The notes beneath the pieces were generated by a model. The model made no database searches and was not told where the DNA came from. It saw nothing but the letters and a program-made list of their open reading frames with translations. Shown in pieces: positions 29,132 to 37,667 of a stretch of DNA of 46,152 nucleotides (position 1 is its first letter; every line of letters begins with the position of its first letter). The position numbers and the translations under genes were made by a program. This DNA is from a virus. The stretch is from IMG/VR virus record IMGVR_UViG_3300005058_000082, positions 1-46,152 of that record. One strand, 5' to 3'.

Positions 29132-29371
29132 ATGACCGACGGCCCGATCAGCATCGATCGCCTCTCGGCGGTCCATCGCTATGACTATGCGCTCTATGCC
29201 CATTGCGACGCCTGCGGTCATCGGGCCGTGCTCGACCTGCCGGCAATCATCGAGCGCCATGGCGATCGCCAGCTGCTAGACCTGAAGGTCCGCTGCTCGA
29301 GCTGTGGGCGGCGGGGCGTAGCGCACCTGCTCCCCTTCACGCGTGGCGGGTATCCAGTTCGGCGGCAATGA
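29132..29371 (+). CDS. small zinc-ribbon protein
   Basis: CDACGH...CSSCG. Confidence 0.65.
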   Translation: MTDGPISIDRLSAVHRYDYALYAHCDACGHRAVLDLPAIIERHGDRQLLDLKVRCSSCGRRGVAHLLPFTRGGYPVRRQ

Positions 29372-29479
29372 TTCGACGGGAAGTTGTGTGGACGTAGATT
29401 TTTCAACTCAATCCAAGTAAGAACTCAGCCAGACCCATAGAGGCCGACCGAAGGCCCGCGAACCGGAGGGGGAGATAGG

Positions 29480-30487
29480 ATGGCGGACCTCTTTCAGGAG
29501 CGATTTGCGATCTACGAGAAAATCGAGAAAATGCGCAGCTCTCGGGTCATTGCCTTCGTCACGGGTGATAGACCTAATATGCAAGCACAGATTTCAAATG
29601 ACGCTGTAGATTTGTTTGGTGACCACCTCGACGGGTTGTTTCCCGCCAAAAAGATTTCTTTGATATTATATACTATTGGGGGAAACACTCTAGCTGCTTG
29701 GAACATCGTAAATATGCTCCGTATGTTCTGCGACCAGCTGGAGATTATTCTCCCGAATAAGGCGCGGAGCGCGGGTACGTTGATGTGCCTCGGGGCCGAT
29801 AGAATTCTGATGACCAAGCAGGCCACACTAGGTCCAATCGACCCATCAGTGGCGGGCCCGCTAAATCCGATGATCCCTGGCGCGGCGCCTGATGCCCGCG
29901 CCCCCGTGAGCGTCGAAGCGGTGCGCGGCTACATCGAAATGGCAAAAAAGGACTTCGGCGTTGAAGACGGCGCCGATATGGCCCGTGTTTTGATAGACCT
30001 CTCTAGCAAGGTGCATCCATTGGTCCTCGGAGCAATATTCCGAACCCGTACACAGATTCAATTTCTCGCGCGAGAGCTTCTAAAGAGCCAGGTCACAAAA
30101 GACGAAAAGGTAAATAAGATCATCGGGTTTTTATGCAGTGAAAGCGGAAGCCATGATTATACGATCAATCGACGGGAGGCAAAAACCCTCGGTTTGCAGG
30201 TTGAGAACCCGAGCGACGAGCTTTACCAGTTGTTAAAGGAATTCTTGGCCAATGTAAGAGCGGACATGCAGCTGTTGGTCCCGTTCGATGCCAATGCCCT
30301 GCTTGCTGGGAACCAGACTACAACGTATGCGTGTACGCGTTGTCTGATTGAAAGCACCGCAAAAGCGCCTAATATGATATTTGAATCAGCCGGTACCCTG
30401 ACGCGCGTGTCGATCCCTCACCCCCAGTTTGGGCCCCAGGACGGGATCAACGACAATCGCACGTTCGAAGGCTGGAGGCCGAGATGA
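29480..30487 (+). CDS. ClpP-class serine protease (SDH_sah family) moron
   Basis: GGAGG RBS; LYTIGG, ARSAGT (Ser), LGPIDP, GSHDYTINRREA (His); visibly AT-richer than its flanks. Confidence 0.85.
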   Translation: MADLFQERFAIYEKIEKMRSSRVIAFVTGDRPNMQAQISNDAVDLFGDHLDGLFPAKKISLILYTIGGNTLAAWNIVNMLRMFCDQLEIILPNKARSAGTLMCLGADRILMTKQATLGPIDPSVAGPLNPMIPGAAPDARAPVSVEAVRGYIEMAKKDFGVEDGADMARVLIDLSSKVHPLVLGAIFRTRTQIQFLARELLKSQVTKDEKVNKIIGFLCSESGSHDYTINRREAKTLGLQVENPSDELYQLLKEFLANVRADMQLLVPFDANALLAGNQTTTYACTRCLIESTAKAPNMIFESAGTLTRVSIPHPQFGPQDGINDNRTFEGWRPR

Positions 30488-30729
30488 AGAAGCGCAATTT
30501 CGGCGGTACGAGCGTGGTGTTGAGGCCCCTGGTCTCGACGGCGTGCCCGCAGGGTGCCTTTGACACCTCGGCGTGTCTTGATTCCAAGGCTGCGATGATT
30601 CGCAACCAGACCTGGGCAGCGAACGGAATGTGGCAAGCGGCCGATCTTGACCAAACCGCGGCATCCGATCCCACGCCCCAACCAAACCACGCGGTACCCT
30701 CGGTCGCTACTTCGTCCGCGAGCGACTAA
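30484..30729 (+). CDS. small hypothetical protein coupled to the protease
   Basis: ATGA overlap and GGAGG RBS inside the protease 3' end. Confidence 0.5.
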   Translation: MKKRNFGGTSVVLRPLVSTACPQGAFDTSACLDSKAAMIRNQTWAANGMWQAADLDQTAASDPTPQPNHAVPSVATSSASD

Positions 30730-30809
30730 CGCTAAGCCGAAACCGGCTCGGGCGAGGTTGCCGTTTCGAGGAACGGGCGAGGCCCGACGCCTCCCCTTGT
30801 AGAACCTCA

Positions 30810-30824
30810 GAACAATCTTAGAAC
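30810..30824. promoter_or_regulatory. alphaproteobacterial LexA-box-like direct repeat
   Basis: GAAC-aatctta-GAAC (GAAC-N7-GAAC). Confidence 0.5.
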
Positions 30825-30827
30825 TTA

Positions 30828-31052
30828 GTGTGCCGGTGGCGTGACGCGGTTGCGGCACAATTCACGCTGCGTTCGTCCGAATTCGCACTTCCCTGGGCTC
30901 TGAGGCACAGCTAAGCTATTGAAATGCCGGGGCGGGGTGTGGCGCAGCCTGGTAGCGCAGCTGCTTTGGGACCCCCGTCGCATCAACCGGTTTTGTCTTT
31001 CTTTTCCGGCTCTTGCGGGGCTCCGCTCGGCGCTGTGTGCCGCCAGCGTGTC
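30828..31052. mobile_element. attP: attP region
   Basis: tRNA-derived core flanked by arm-type repeats gtgtgccggtggcgtgac (30828-30845) and gtgtgccgccagcgtgtc (31035-31052); adjacent to the integrase 3' end. Confidence 0.8.
30933..30971 (+). pseudogene. 5' half of tRNA-Pro(TGG) (att homology segment)
   Basis: CGGGGTG TG GCGC AGCCTGGTA GCGC A GCTGC TTTGGGA = acceptor 5' strand, D-arm, anticodon 5' stem and loop; no 3' half. Confidence 0.85.
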
Positions 31053-32056
31053 ATGACGGCCTCCATCGCCTCGCGCTTCGCGTTGGTCTCGAGGTCGGCG
31101 TAGCGCATCGTCTCCTTGATCGTGGAATGGCCGAGGTGCTCCTGCACCTGGCGCAGGCTGGCGCCCCCCTGGAGCGCCCAGCTGGCCGAAGTGTGGCGGA
31201 GGTCATGCCAACGGAAGTTCGCGATCCCAGCGCGCTTCCTGGCGCCCCGGAAGGCGGTCCGCCAGCTCTTGATGGGCTTCCCCTTGCGCAGCCATACCGG
31301 ACCGGTCGCCTTCGGCTTCTGCCTGATCAGGAGCGCGCGCAGCTCATCGGTGATCGGCACCACCTGGCGGTTGCCTTCCCTCTTCGACTTGCGGGGCACG
31401 ATCAGCATGCCGGCCTGAAGGTCGACCGCCGACCAGTCGAGCGTGATGGCCGCGCCGAGGCGCACCCCCGTCATCACCGAGAACCGGAGCGGGTCCTTCA
31501 GCCAGGAAGACGCCTTCGCTACCAGGATCTCGAACTGGGCCGGCTGGATGAAGCGTGCGCGCGGCGCAGGCTCGGTGAGCCAGTGGCGCTTGAAATCGAT
31601 CGGCACCACCTCGTAGCGCCAATTGTCGCGCGCGCGGCGCAGCACCGCCTTCAAGAGCCCGAGATGGCGGTTCACGGTCGCGGGGGAGGTGAGGCGGTCT
31701 TTCTTCGTGACGCGGCCGCGCCTGCGGGAGACGAAGTCGGCCAGCCGATCGTCCGTGAGCTCCGTCAGCCGATAGGTGCCGAGCCTCGCGCGCAGACCGT
31801 TGCTCAGCAGCTTGACCGTGCGGCTCGATCGCGCGTGGCAGCCCACCTCGAGCCAATAGCGCCCGAGCGCCTGGTCGAGCGTGATCGTCGGCCGCTCGCC
31901 GGTGAGGGCGCCTTTCAGGATGTCGTGGCGGAGCTTGGCCTCGAAGAGCGTCGCGAGCGCGCGTTCGTCCGTCTGACAGCTTCCTCGAAACCGATGACCG
32001 TTGACCGTGAAGTCGTAATGCCAATGGGGCGAGTTCGGCCGTCGATAGAGGGACAT
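30983..32056 (-). CDS. int: tyrosine integrase
   Basis: TGVR, HDLRH, LGHS and catalytic Y (TMRY); N-terminal arm-binding beta domain. Confidence 0.95.
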   Translation of the reverse strand: MSLYRRPNSPHWHYDFTVNGHRFRGSCQTDERALATLFEAKLRHDILKGALTGERPTITLDQALGRYWLEVGCHARSSRTVKLLSNGLRARLGTYRLTELTDDRLADFVSRRRGRVTKKDRLTSPATVNRHLGLLKAVLRRARDNWRYEVVPIDFKRHWLTEPAPRARFIQPAQFEILVAKASSWLKDPLRFSVMTGVRLGAAITLDWSAVDLQAGMLIVPRKSKREGNRQVVPITDELRALLIRQKPKATGPVWLRKGKPIKSWRTAFRGARKRAGIANFRWHDLRHTSASWALQGGASLRQVQEHLGHSTIKETMRYADLETNAKREAMEAVMTRWRHTAPSGAPQEPEKKDKTG

Positions 32057-32268
32057 GGCGCCTCGCGAGCCTTCAGGAACGCGTCGAGATCCGCGCGGGT
32101 GAAGTAACGCCGCCGCCCGATCAGGATAGACCGAAGCTCGCCCCGGCGGACATAGGGTCGGAGCGTCGCCACATTGCGGCCGAGCAGAGCCGCCGCCTGC
32201 TTGAAGGTCAGTGTGAGCGGCTCGGGTGCGCCGTGCTCTGATTGCTCGCTTTTAAGCGTCAGCACCAT
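31915..32268 (-). CDS. xis: excisionase (HTH_17-like)
   Basis: LTFKQAAALLG...TLRPYVRRGELRSILIGRRRYFTRADL; overlaps int 5' end. Confidence 0.8.
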   Translation of the reverse strand: MVLTLKSEQSEHGAPEPLTLTFKQAAALLGRNVATLRPYVRRGELRSILIGRRRYFTRADLDAFLKAREAPCPSIDGRTRPIGITTSRSTVIGFEEAVRRTNARSRRSSRPSSATTS

Positions 32269-32708
32269 GAGCGCCTCTTGCCGCCGGCATAGGGGCGGGC
32301 GAGCTTCTCGGCGATCAGCAGCTTGGCGAGGTCCTGGCCGTCCGGCAGCGTCACGGTGGCATCGACGCGACCGGCATATTTGTCGGGCGCGATGACCGTG
32401 AGGCTCACAATGCGGCCATCGAGCAGCTCGCTGACGCGGAGCTTCGCCGCGGCGGCACCGTCGCGCTCCGCCTTGCAGTTGCCCTTGATCTCAGGCGTGT
32501 CGACACCGCGCACCCGCACGGATGTGCGCTTGGTGAGGTCGACCCAGAGCGACAGCTCGGCCTCGAAGGTGTCGCCATCGATCACGCGGATCACCTTCGC
32601 CTCGACCGGGCCCTTGATGGTCTCTGCGCTCTCGCCGACGGCGAAGCCGAGGCCGATGCCCAGCGCGAAGGAAACAGCGGCCGTGATGGCGTGCTGCCAC
32701 GGCTTCAT
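32259..32708 (-). CDS. thermonuclease (SNase-like) with N-terminal membrane anchor
   Basis: VIRVIDGDTF, VRGVDTPE, DKYAGR. Confidence 0.88.
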   Translation of the reverse strand: MKPWQHAITAAVSFALGIGLGFAVGESAETIKGPVEAKVIRVIDGDTFEAELSLWVDLTKRTSVRVRGVDTPEIKGNCKAERDGAAAAKLRVSELLDGRIVSLTVIAPDKYAGRVDATVTLPDGQDLAKLLIAEKLARPYAGGKRRSWC

Positions 32709-33781
32709 GCCGGCACCTCGTTCCATTCGCGGCCGTCGAGCTCGCGGCCCGCCGCCTTCTTGCCGATGCGATACATCCATTGATAGCCAAGTGGGTTGTC
32801 GTGCTGGCGATGCGGGTTCCGAATGGAGGCGCTGAACTCTTCAATCGCGACGTGATCAACCTCGATCGCCCTGGTGTTAACCGCCAGCCCTGTACGCATC
32901 CGCTCTGCATGCTCGGCGACGGTAAAGTCGCGGTAGCACACCCGGCCATCGGCGAGCCAGGAGATGCCGGGGGACGTGGGGAAGGCCCGCCGGCGGTGTG
33001 GCCCGTGACAATAGGGATCCACGCCACTAGTCGGCATCCACTCGCCCCATTGCTTGAAGAAGAATGGCACGCGGGCTGTGGTGCACTGGTCGCGGAGCGA
33101 GCGTGCCCAGTCAGGGTGCATCGGGCGCGCGTCGCGCCCGCTCTCGCCGCCGCAAATCACCCAGTCGATCTGCGAACGCATCGGCACCATTCCGCCACCG
33201 ACCTCGCTCAGCCCTTCGAGTGCGTTAACCCGCCAGCCACTGACATCGAGCTCCCTCAAGTTAATCGGCCCGAGCAGCGGCTCACAGGAGAGGAAACGCT
33301 TCGCCGCCCGGATCTGAAGGAGCAGCGGGATACGCAAGTCCGCCATCGCCTGGTTCTCGACCGACACGCCAATCCAGACGTTCGGCAGGACCGGCAGCGG
33401 GTTGGTGTGCTCGAACGCCTTGAGCGCCACATTGGGCCGCTTGGTGAGCACCATCCAGATCAGGTTCGGCGTACGACAAAACAGCCCCCAGAGTTCGCGG
33501 CGCAGCTCCATATCGACTTCCGCATCGAACACATCGGCGAGGCTGGCGCAAAAGACGCGGCGCGGCTCGGTATCGGCTGCCTCCCGATTCCACCGGTGCG
33601 GCAGCCTCCAATTGGCCTCACTGGTGCGCTTGCGCGACACCCCCTGGCCCCAGTGCCCGGGCCAATGTCGGTGCGCCAGGGTCTCGGCATAGCAGTGATC
33701 GCAGCCGGAACTTACCTTGGTGCAGCCGATCCACGGGTTGAATGTGGCATCCGCCCATTCGATCTTCGTGATCTCAGCCAT
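32705..33781 (-). CDS. phage Gp37/Gp68 (DUF5131) family protein
   Basis: TKIEWADATFNPWIGCTKVSSGCDHCYAE, LTKRP, FLSCEPLLG, GGESG, FFFKQWG. Confidence 0.92.
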   Translation of the reverse strand: MAEITKIEWADATFNPWIGCTKVSSGCDHCYAETLAHRHWPGHWGQGVSRKRTSEANWRLPHRWNREAADTEPRRVFCASLADVFDAEVDMELRRELWGLFCRTPNLIWMVLTKRPNVALKAFEHTNPLPVLPNVWIGVSVENQAMADLRIPLLLQIRAAKRFLSCEPLLGPINLRELDVSGWRVNALEGLSEVGGGMVPMRSQIDWVICGGESGRDARPMHPDWARSLRDQCTTARVPFFFKQWGEWMPTSGVDPYCHGPHRRRAFPTSPGISWLADGRVCYRDFTVAEHAERMRTGLAVNTRAIEVDHVAIEEFSASIRNPHRQHDNPLGYQWMYRIGKKAAGRELDGREWNEVPA

Positions 33782-34253
33782 GGGCGGGCTCCGCTCGCGC
33801 GGCGTGGACCTCGGCGACCAGCTCGGCCGCCGGGCGCATGGTGAGGTAGCCGACCGCCTCGCTGCGCCAGAGCGTCACGAAGCGCTCATTGTCGAGGATC
33901 ATGTCATCGACGCCATTGGTGCGGGTGAAGCGGATGACCGCGATCGCGTGCGCGCCGATCTTGCCATCGCGACCCTTCCGGCCGCCGGTATAGAGCCGCA
34001 TGGCGCCGAGCGGCCAGCCCATCCAGGCCAGCGTGCGCATGGCGGCGAGCGCGCGGTCCTCGCAGTCGCCCCGATAGTCGAAGGTCCAGAGGTCGCGCAC
34101 GCCGTGGCGCTTCTGGTCGCTCTGCCAGACGTGCTGGCGCATGCGCACGTGCGCGTCCTCGGCCTGGGCGAGGCGACCCACGTCGGTGCCCCAGCCGCGC
34201 GGCAGCGGTGTCGGCTCGCTCTCGGTGAGGCGGAAGGTGATCGTGTTGTTCAT
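33774..34253 (-). CDS. transglutaminase-like cysteine protease (BTLCP/LapG, C93-like)
   Basis: SD...G..D.W...GDCEDRA, AHAIAVI, MILDN = Cys-His-Asp triad. Confidence 0.7.
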   Translation of the reverse strand: MNNTITFRLTESEPTPLPRGWGTDVGRLAQAEDAHVRMRQHVWQSDQKRHGVRDLWTFDYRGDCEDRALAAMRTLAWMGWPLGAMRLYTGGRKGRDGKIGAHAIAVIRFTRTNGVDDMILDNERFVTLWRSEAVGYLTMRPAAELVAEVHAARAEPAHG

Positions 34254-34257
34254 GCCG

Positions 34258-34506
34258 TTACCCCGCAGCTCCGAACAGCGGCAGCGCGCCGCGGCCTTCC
34301 CTTGATGCAACCGCCTCGATCGCGGCCTTGGCAGCAGCCAGATAGGCCTCGCTCGGCCGCTTGGTGCGCTCCTGGCCGTCCCGATATTCGCGCCAGACCC
34401 GGTCGCGCAGATCCTTGGGCACCATGTACCAGTGCCGGCGGCACATCAGCATGCGCGGGTGCACCTGGGTGGTGCAGTCGATGGCGTGGCAGCGGTGAAA
34501 GCTCAT
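34258..34506 (-). CDS. small Cys/His (zinc-binding) phage protein
   Basis: HRCHAIDC...MLMCRRHW. Confidence 0.7.
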   Translation of the reverse strand: MSFHRCHAIDCTTQVHPRMLMCRRHWYMVPKDLRDRVWREYRDGQERTKRPSEAYLAAAKAAIEAVASREGRGALPLFGAAG

Positions 34507-34811
34507 GGCGGCGCGGCCTCCGTCCAGGCGGGCAGCGCCGCTTCGGCCTCGAGGCGCGGCGCCTCGAGCCGGAGACCCGCCCGCAGGATCATGAGCTGAT
34601 CGCGCAGGCCCGCGAGCGGATCGGCGAGGCCCTTCAGCGCGGGCTCGGCCTCGAGGCGGGCGAAGACGGCGGCGCCGAGCAGCCGCTCGACATCGGCCGC
34701 CGCATCCGCCACGCTTTGCAGGAGCGCGGCGTGCCAGGCGAGGCGGCGGTGGCACTCGCCGCACATCGCGAGCGAGAGATGACCGCAGGTCCATTTGTCG
34801 GGCCGGCTCAT
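34503..34811 (-). CDS. hypothetical protein
   Basis: ATGA-coupled on both sides; CGH...CGEC. Confidence 0.55.
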   Translation of the reverse strand: MSRPDKWTCGHLSLAMCGECHRRLAWHAALLQSVADAAADVERLLGAAVFARLEAEPALKGLADPLAGLRDQLMILRAGLRLEAPRLEAEAALPAWTEAAPP

Positions 34812-35722
34812 GCCGCATCTTCCCTAGGCGCGTCGGTCGATGCGCTCGGCAGAGCGAGCGGCCAGGGCAGCGCGAAGAAGGCGCGCTTCCGCTCGCGGCT
34901 GCCGGCGGACCAGAGGGGGGGCGTCGGAAGGTCCGGGTGCGGGGCGACGGCGTTGATCACGCGATCGAGCACCGCGTCCTTGATCATCGGCCAGCCGAGC
35001 TTCGGCCCGAGCACGATCTGCCGCTTCACCCCCTCGCAGAACTGGCGGATCAGCGCGGGCGAGGCCTGGTCGAAGGCCTCGGCGATCGGGCGGAGCACCT
35101 CGCCCGGCACGGCGATCGGCGCCAGGTACATGCCGAGGATGCGCTGGCGCTCGAAGACGCCCGGCATGGTGAGCGCGATGTGCATGTCGAAGCGGCGCCA
35201 GATCGCCTGGTCGATCTCGGCCGCGCGATTGGTCGCGGCGATCACATAGCCGCCATACTGCTCGATCCGCTGCAGCAAGGTGTTGGTGTAGTTGTTGCGC
35301 TCGTCTTCGGCGCCCTGGTTGGCAGCGCGGCGCTTGAACGCGAGCGCGTCGAACTCGTCGAAGAACAGCAGCATCGGGCCCGCCGCCGACGCGGCGTCGA
35401 ACAGCTGGCCGATATTGCGGCCGGTCGAGCCAAGCCAGGTGTCGATCAACCGCTCGGGGCGCACCGCCAGCATGGGAAGCCCGAGCCGGGCCGACAGATG
35501 ATGCGCGAGCGTCGTCTTGCCGACGCCGGGCGGTCCGGAGAACAGCGCGCGGCGCCGCGCCTTGAGGCCGACGGCGGCCAGCTCGGGCTCGGCCCATATC
35601 TCGGTCAGCCATTCGAGCAGCGCGCTGCGCACCGGCTTCGCCAGGATCGGCTCCTGCGCCTCGCCCGGCTGCAGCAGTGCGCCGAACGCCTCGAGCGGCG
35701 GCGTCTGCTCGGTCGGTCTCAC
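34808..35722 (-). CDS. AAA+ ATPase (classic clade, single domain)
   Basis: GPPGVGKT, LLFFDEFD, ATNR...IDQAIWRRFD. Confidence 0.92.
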   Translation of the reverse strand: MRPTEQTPPLEAFGALLQPGEAQEPILAKPVRSALLEWLTEIWAEPELAAVGLKARRRALFSGPPGVGKTTLAHHLSARLGLPMLAVRPERLIDTWLGSTGRNIGQLFDAASAAGPMLLFFDEFDALAFKRRAANQGAEDERNNYTNTLLQRIEQYGGYVIAATNRAAEIDQAIWRRFDMHIALTMPGVFERQRILGMYLAPIAVPGEVLRPIAEAFDQASPALIRQFCEGVKRQIVLGPKLGWPMIKDAVLDRVINAVAPHPDLPTPPLWSAGSRERKRAFFALPWPLALPSASTDAPREDAA

Positions 35723-36399
35723 TTCTCCTCTCCGTCGGGCTCTTCCGGCCCCATGCCGTCATTGCCGCTGACCGAGCGCCAGCCGGCATCCCAGCGCGCG
35801 CGGCGGGTATCGCCGAACGGGAACGGGTTGCCGGTGATCGGCCTGTTGTCCTTGAAGGCCTGGGCGCCGAGCGCGTGCGCCCCCTCCTCATCGACGTCGG
35901 GGGGCGGCGTCGCAGTTTTGCGCGCCGTGGAAGCGGGTGCTCCGGCCGGCGCGAGGCCCGGGGTCGGCTCCGCCATCTCCTCGGCCTGCGCTTCGCCTTC
36001 CTTGTCGCGCCACAGGCGGATCGCGACGCCGTCCATCTTGACGATGATCTCGCCCTTGGCGGGCACCAGCGCCTTGAAGGCCTCGACCACCGATTCCCTC
36101 GCGTGCCGGTCCACCTTCATGAGGCCGACCGCGCGGAACAGCGGCCCTTCATCGCCGAGGCCGATCGCGCCCATGTAGAGATCGCGGAGCGCCTCCTCCT
36201 CCTGCCGGTCATGCGGCTTCTTCGCGCGTGCCTTGATGCAGTAGCGGATCGCCGCCGGCACGAAGCCCTTCGCCTTCGCCTCGGCCATCACCGCGCGCTC
36301 GTCATTCGAGATCGCATCCCTGTCGACCTTGAGCCGCTCGATGCGCTCGATGTAGCCGACCAGCTCGCGACTGCTGACGGTGTTGCGACCGAGGCTCAT
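35719..36399 (-). CDS. GapR/DUF2312-domain protein with C-terminal extension
   Basis: LVGYIERIERL...AEAKAKGF...RQEEEALRDLYMGAIG; C-terminal NPFPFG...WDAGW. Confidence 0.8.
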   Translation of the reverse strand: MSLGRNTVSSRELVGYIERIERLKVDRDAISNDERAVMAEAKAKGFVPAAIRYCIKARAKKPHDRQEEEALRDLYMGAIGLGDEGPLFRAVGLMKVDRHARESVVEAFKALVPAKGEIIVKMDGVAIRLWRDKEGEAQAEEMAEPTPGLAPAGAPASTARKTATPPPDVDEEGAHALGAQAFKDNRPITGNPFPFGDTRRARWDAGWRSVSGNDGMGPEEPDGEEK

Positions 36400-37667
36400 G
36401 CGGCGGACTCCTCTGTGGGGGTAGGCGCGGCGATCTCGTTGCCCCAGCTCGCCCAGCCCTCGCGCGGCAAACGCGCGAATAGCTCGACCTTGGGAGCGTC
36501 GGGGTACATGCGCTCGATGATGTCGTAGAAGACGAGCGGCTTTTCCGAGTGCGCATAGCACGGCGCCTCGATGATGGAGGGCGGTCGGTGCGCCGGCGCC
36601 GGCATCGGCGGGTTGCCGCGCTTCGCGATCAGCAGGTGCTCATGCTGATTGCGGACATAGTGGCCCATGCCGATGCGGTCCTTGATCCAGACCATCGAGG
36701 TGCGGCCCTCGAAGCCCCAAGCCTGCATCACCGCGTGGCCGGCGCCAGCGGCGAGCTGGGGTGCTGTGACCCAGAGGAACAGCACGACGTCATCGCCTGC
36801 GATGCTATCGATCGGCAGCGCGCAGATTTCCTCGAGGCTCAGCGTCGGGTAGTGATTCTCGATCGAGCGATCGGTCTTGCCGATCGGCGGATCCTCGAAG
36901 CGCCAGGGCGGGTCGGCGAGGATCACGCCATAGCGGCCCGCGGGCCACGGCGCTGCCTGCCGGGCGAGCCCGTCATCGCGGGTGGCGCGATCATCCTCGC
37001 GGAGCAGCACGGTGGTGACCCGCTCGTGCTCGTGCAGGACCTTCTCGCGCCAGGCACCCAGCATCGCATCGAAGCGCGCAGGCGCGAGGCCCGCGAGCTT
37101 CTGGCAGCGGGCGGAAAGCTTGTGGTCGATGCCGATCTCGGCGAGCGTCGGCAGCGCGGAAACCGCTTCCTCGGCGGTAGGGGTTTTCTTTGGCCGTCCG
37201 CCGGCGCTGAGGCCCACGCCCTCCTTCTGGGCCACGATGATCTCGCCCAGGCGCCGCTCGGCGCGGATGCGGATCTCGGCGGCATCGATCTCGACGGCGC
37301 GGTCCTTGATCTGGCGCGCATAGATGCGCATTGCCTCGGCCTGGTTGCGCACGTCGCGCGCGACATCGACGGTGCGCGCCTCGGCGAGCGCGCGGCAGGC
37401 CGCGTCGTAGCTGGCAAGCGGGGAAAAGGCGCCGGCGAGGGCAGGGACGGCCGCCCCCGCCGGCGTCTCACTGAACAGCGCCTGAGGCTCCAACCCGAGC
37501 GCCGCCGCGAGCTTGAGGATCGTCGTGTAGTGCAGGTCGCTCTTCCGGCCGGCAAGCAGCCGCGAGATCACCGATTGCGGCACGCCCGCCTTCTCCGCGA
37601 GCGCGTGCTGCGAGAGGCCGGATTCGCGGATCGCCGCCGTCAAGGTGGCGAAGGGCCCCTTGCTCAT
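36396..37667 (-). CDS. XRE-HTH fused to MT-A70 family adenine methyltransferase
   Basis: LSQHALAEKAGVPQSVISRL; VILADPPW, LFLWVT, HSEKP, ELFAR...WGNE. Confidence 0.88.
   Translation of the reverse strand: MSKGPFATLTAAIRESGLSQHALAEKAGVPQSVISRLLAGRKSDLHYTTILKLAAALGLEPQALFSETPAGAAVPALAGAFSPLASYDAACRALAEARTVDVARDVRNQAEAMRIYARQIKDRAVEIDAAEIRIRAERRLGEIIVAQKEGVGLSAGGRPKKTPTAEEAVSALPTLAEIGIDHKLSARCQKLAGLAPARFDAMLGAWREKVLHEHERVTTVLLREDDRATRDDGLARQAAPWPAGRYGVILADPPWRFEDPPIGKTDRSIENHYPTLSLEEICALPIDSIAGDDVVLFLWVTAPQLAAGAGHAVMQAWGFEGRTSMVWIKDRIGMGHYVRNQHEHLLIAKRGNPPMPAPAHRPPSIIEAPCYAHSEKPLVFYDIIERMYPDAPKVELFARLPREGWASWGNEIAAPTPTEESAA

Noticed and set aside
30933..31010. Complete tRNA-Pro gene
   Set aside because: Sequence after the anticodon loop (ccccgtcg...) cannot pair with the anticodon stem and there is no T-arm GTTCRA; it is only a half gene
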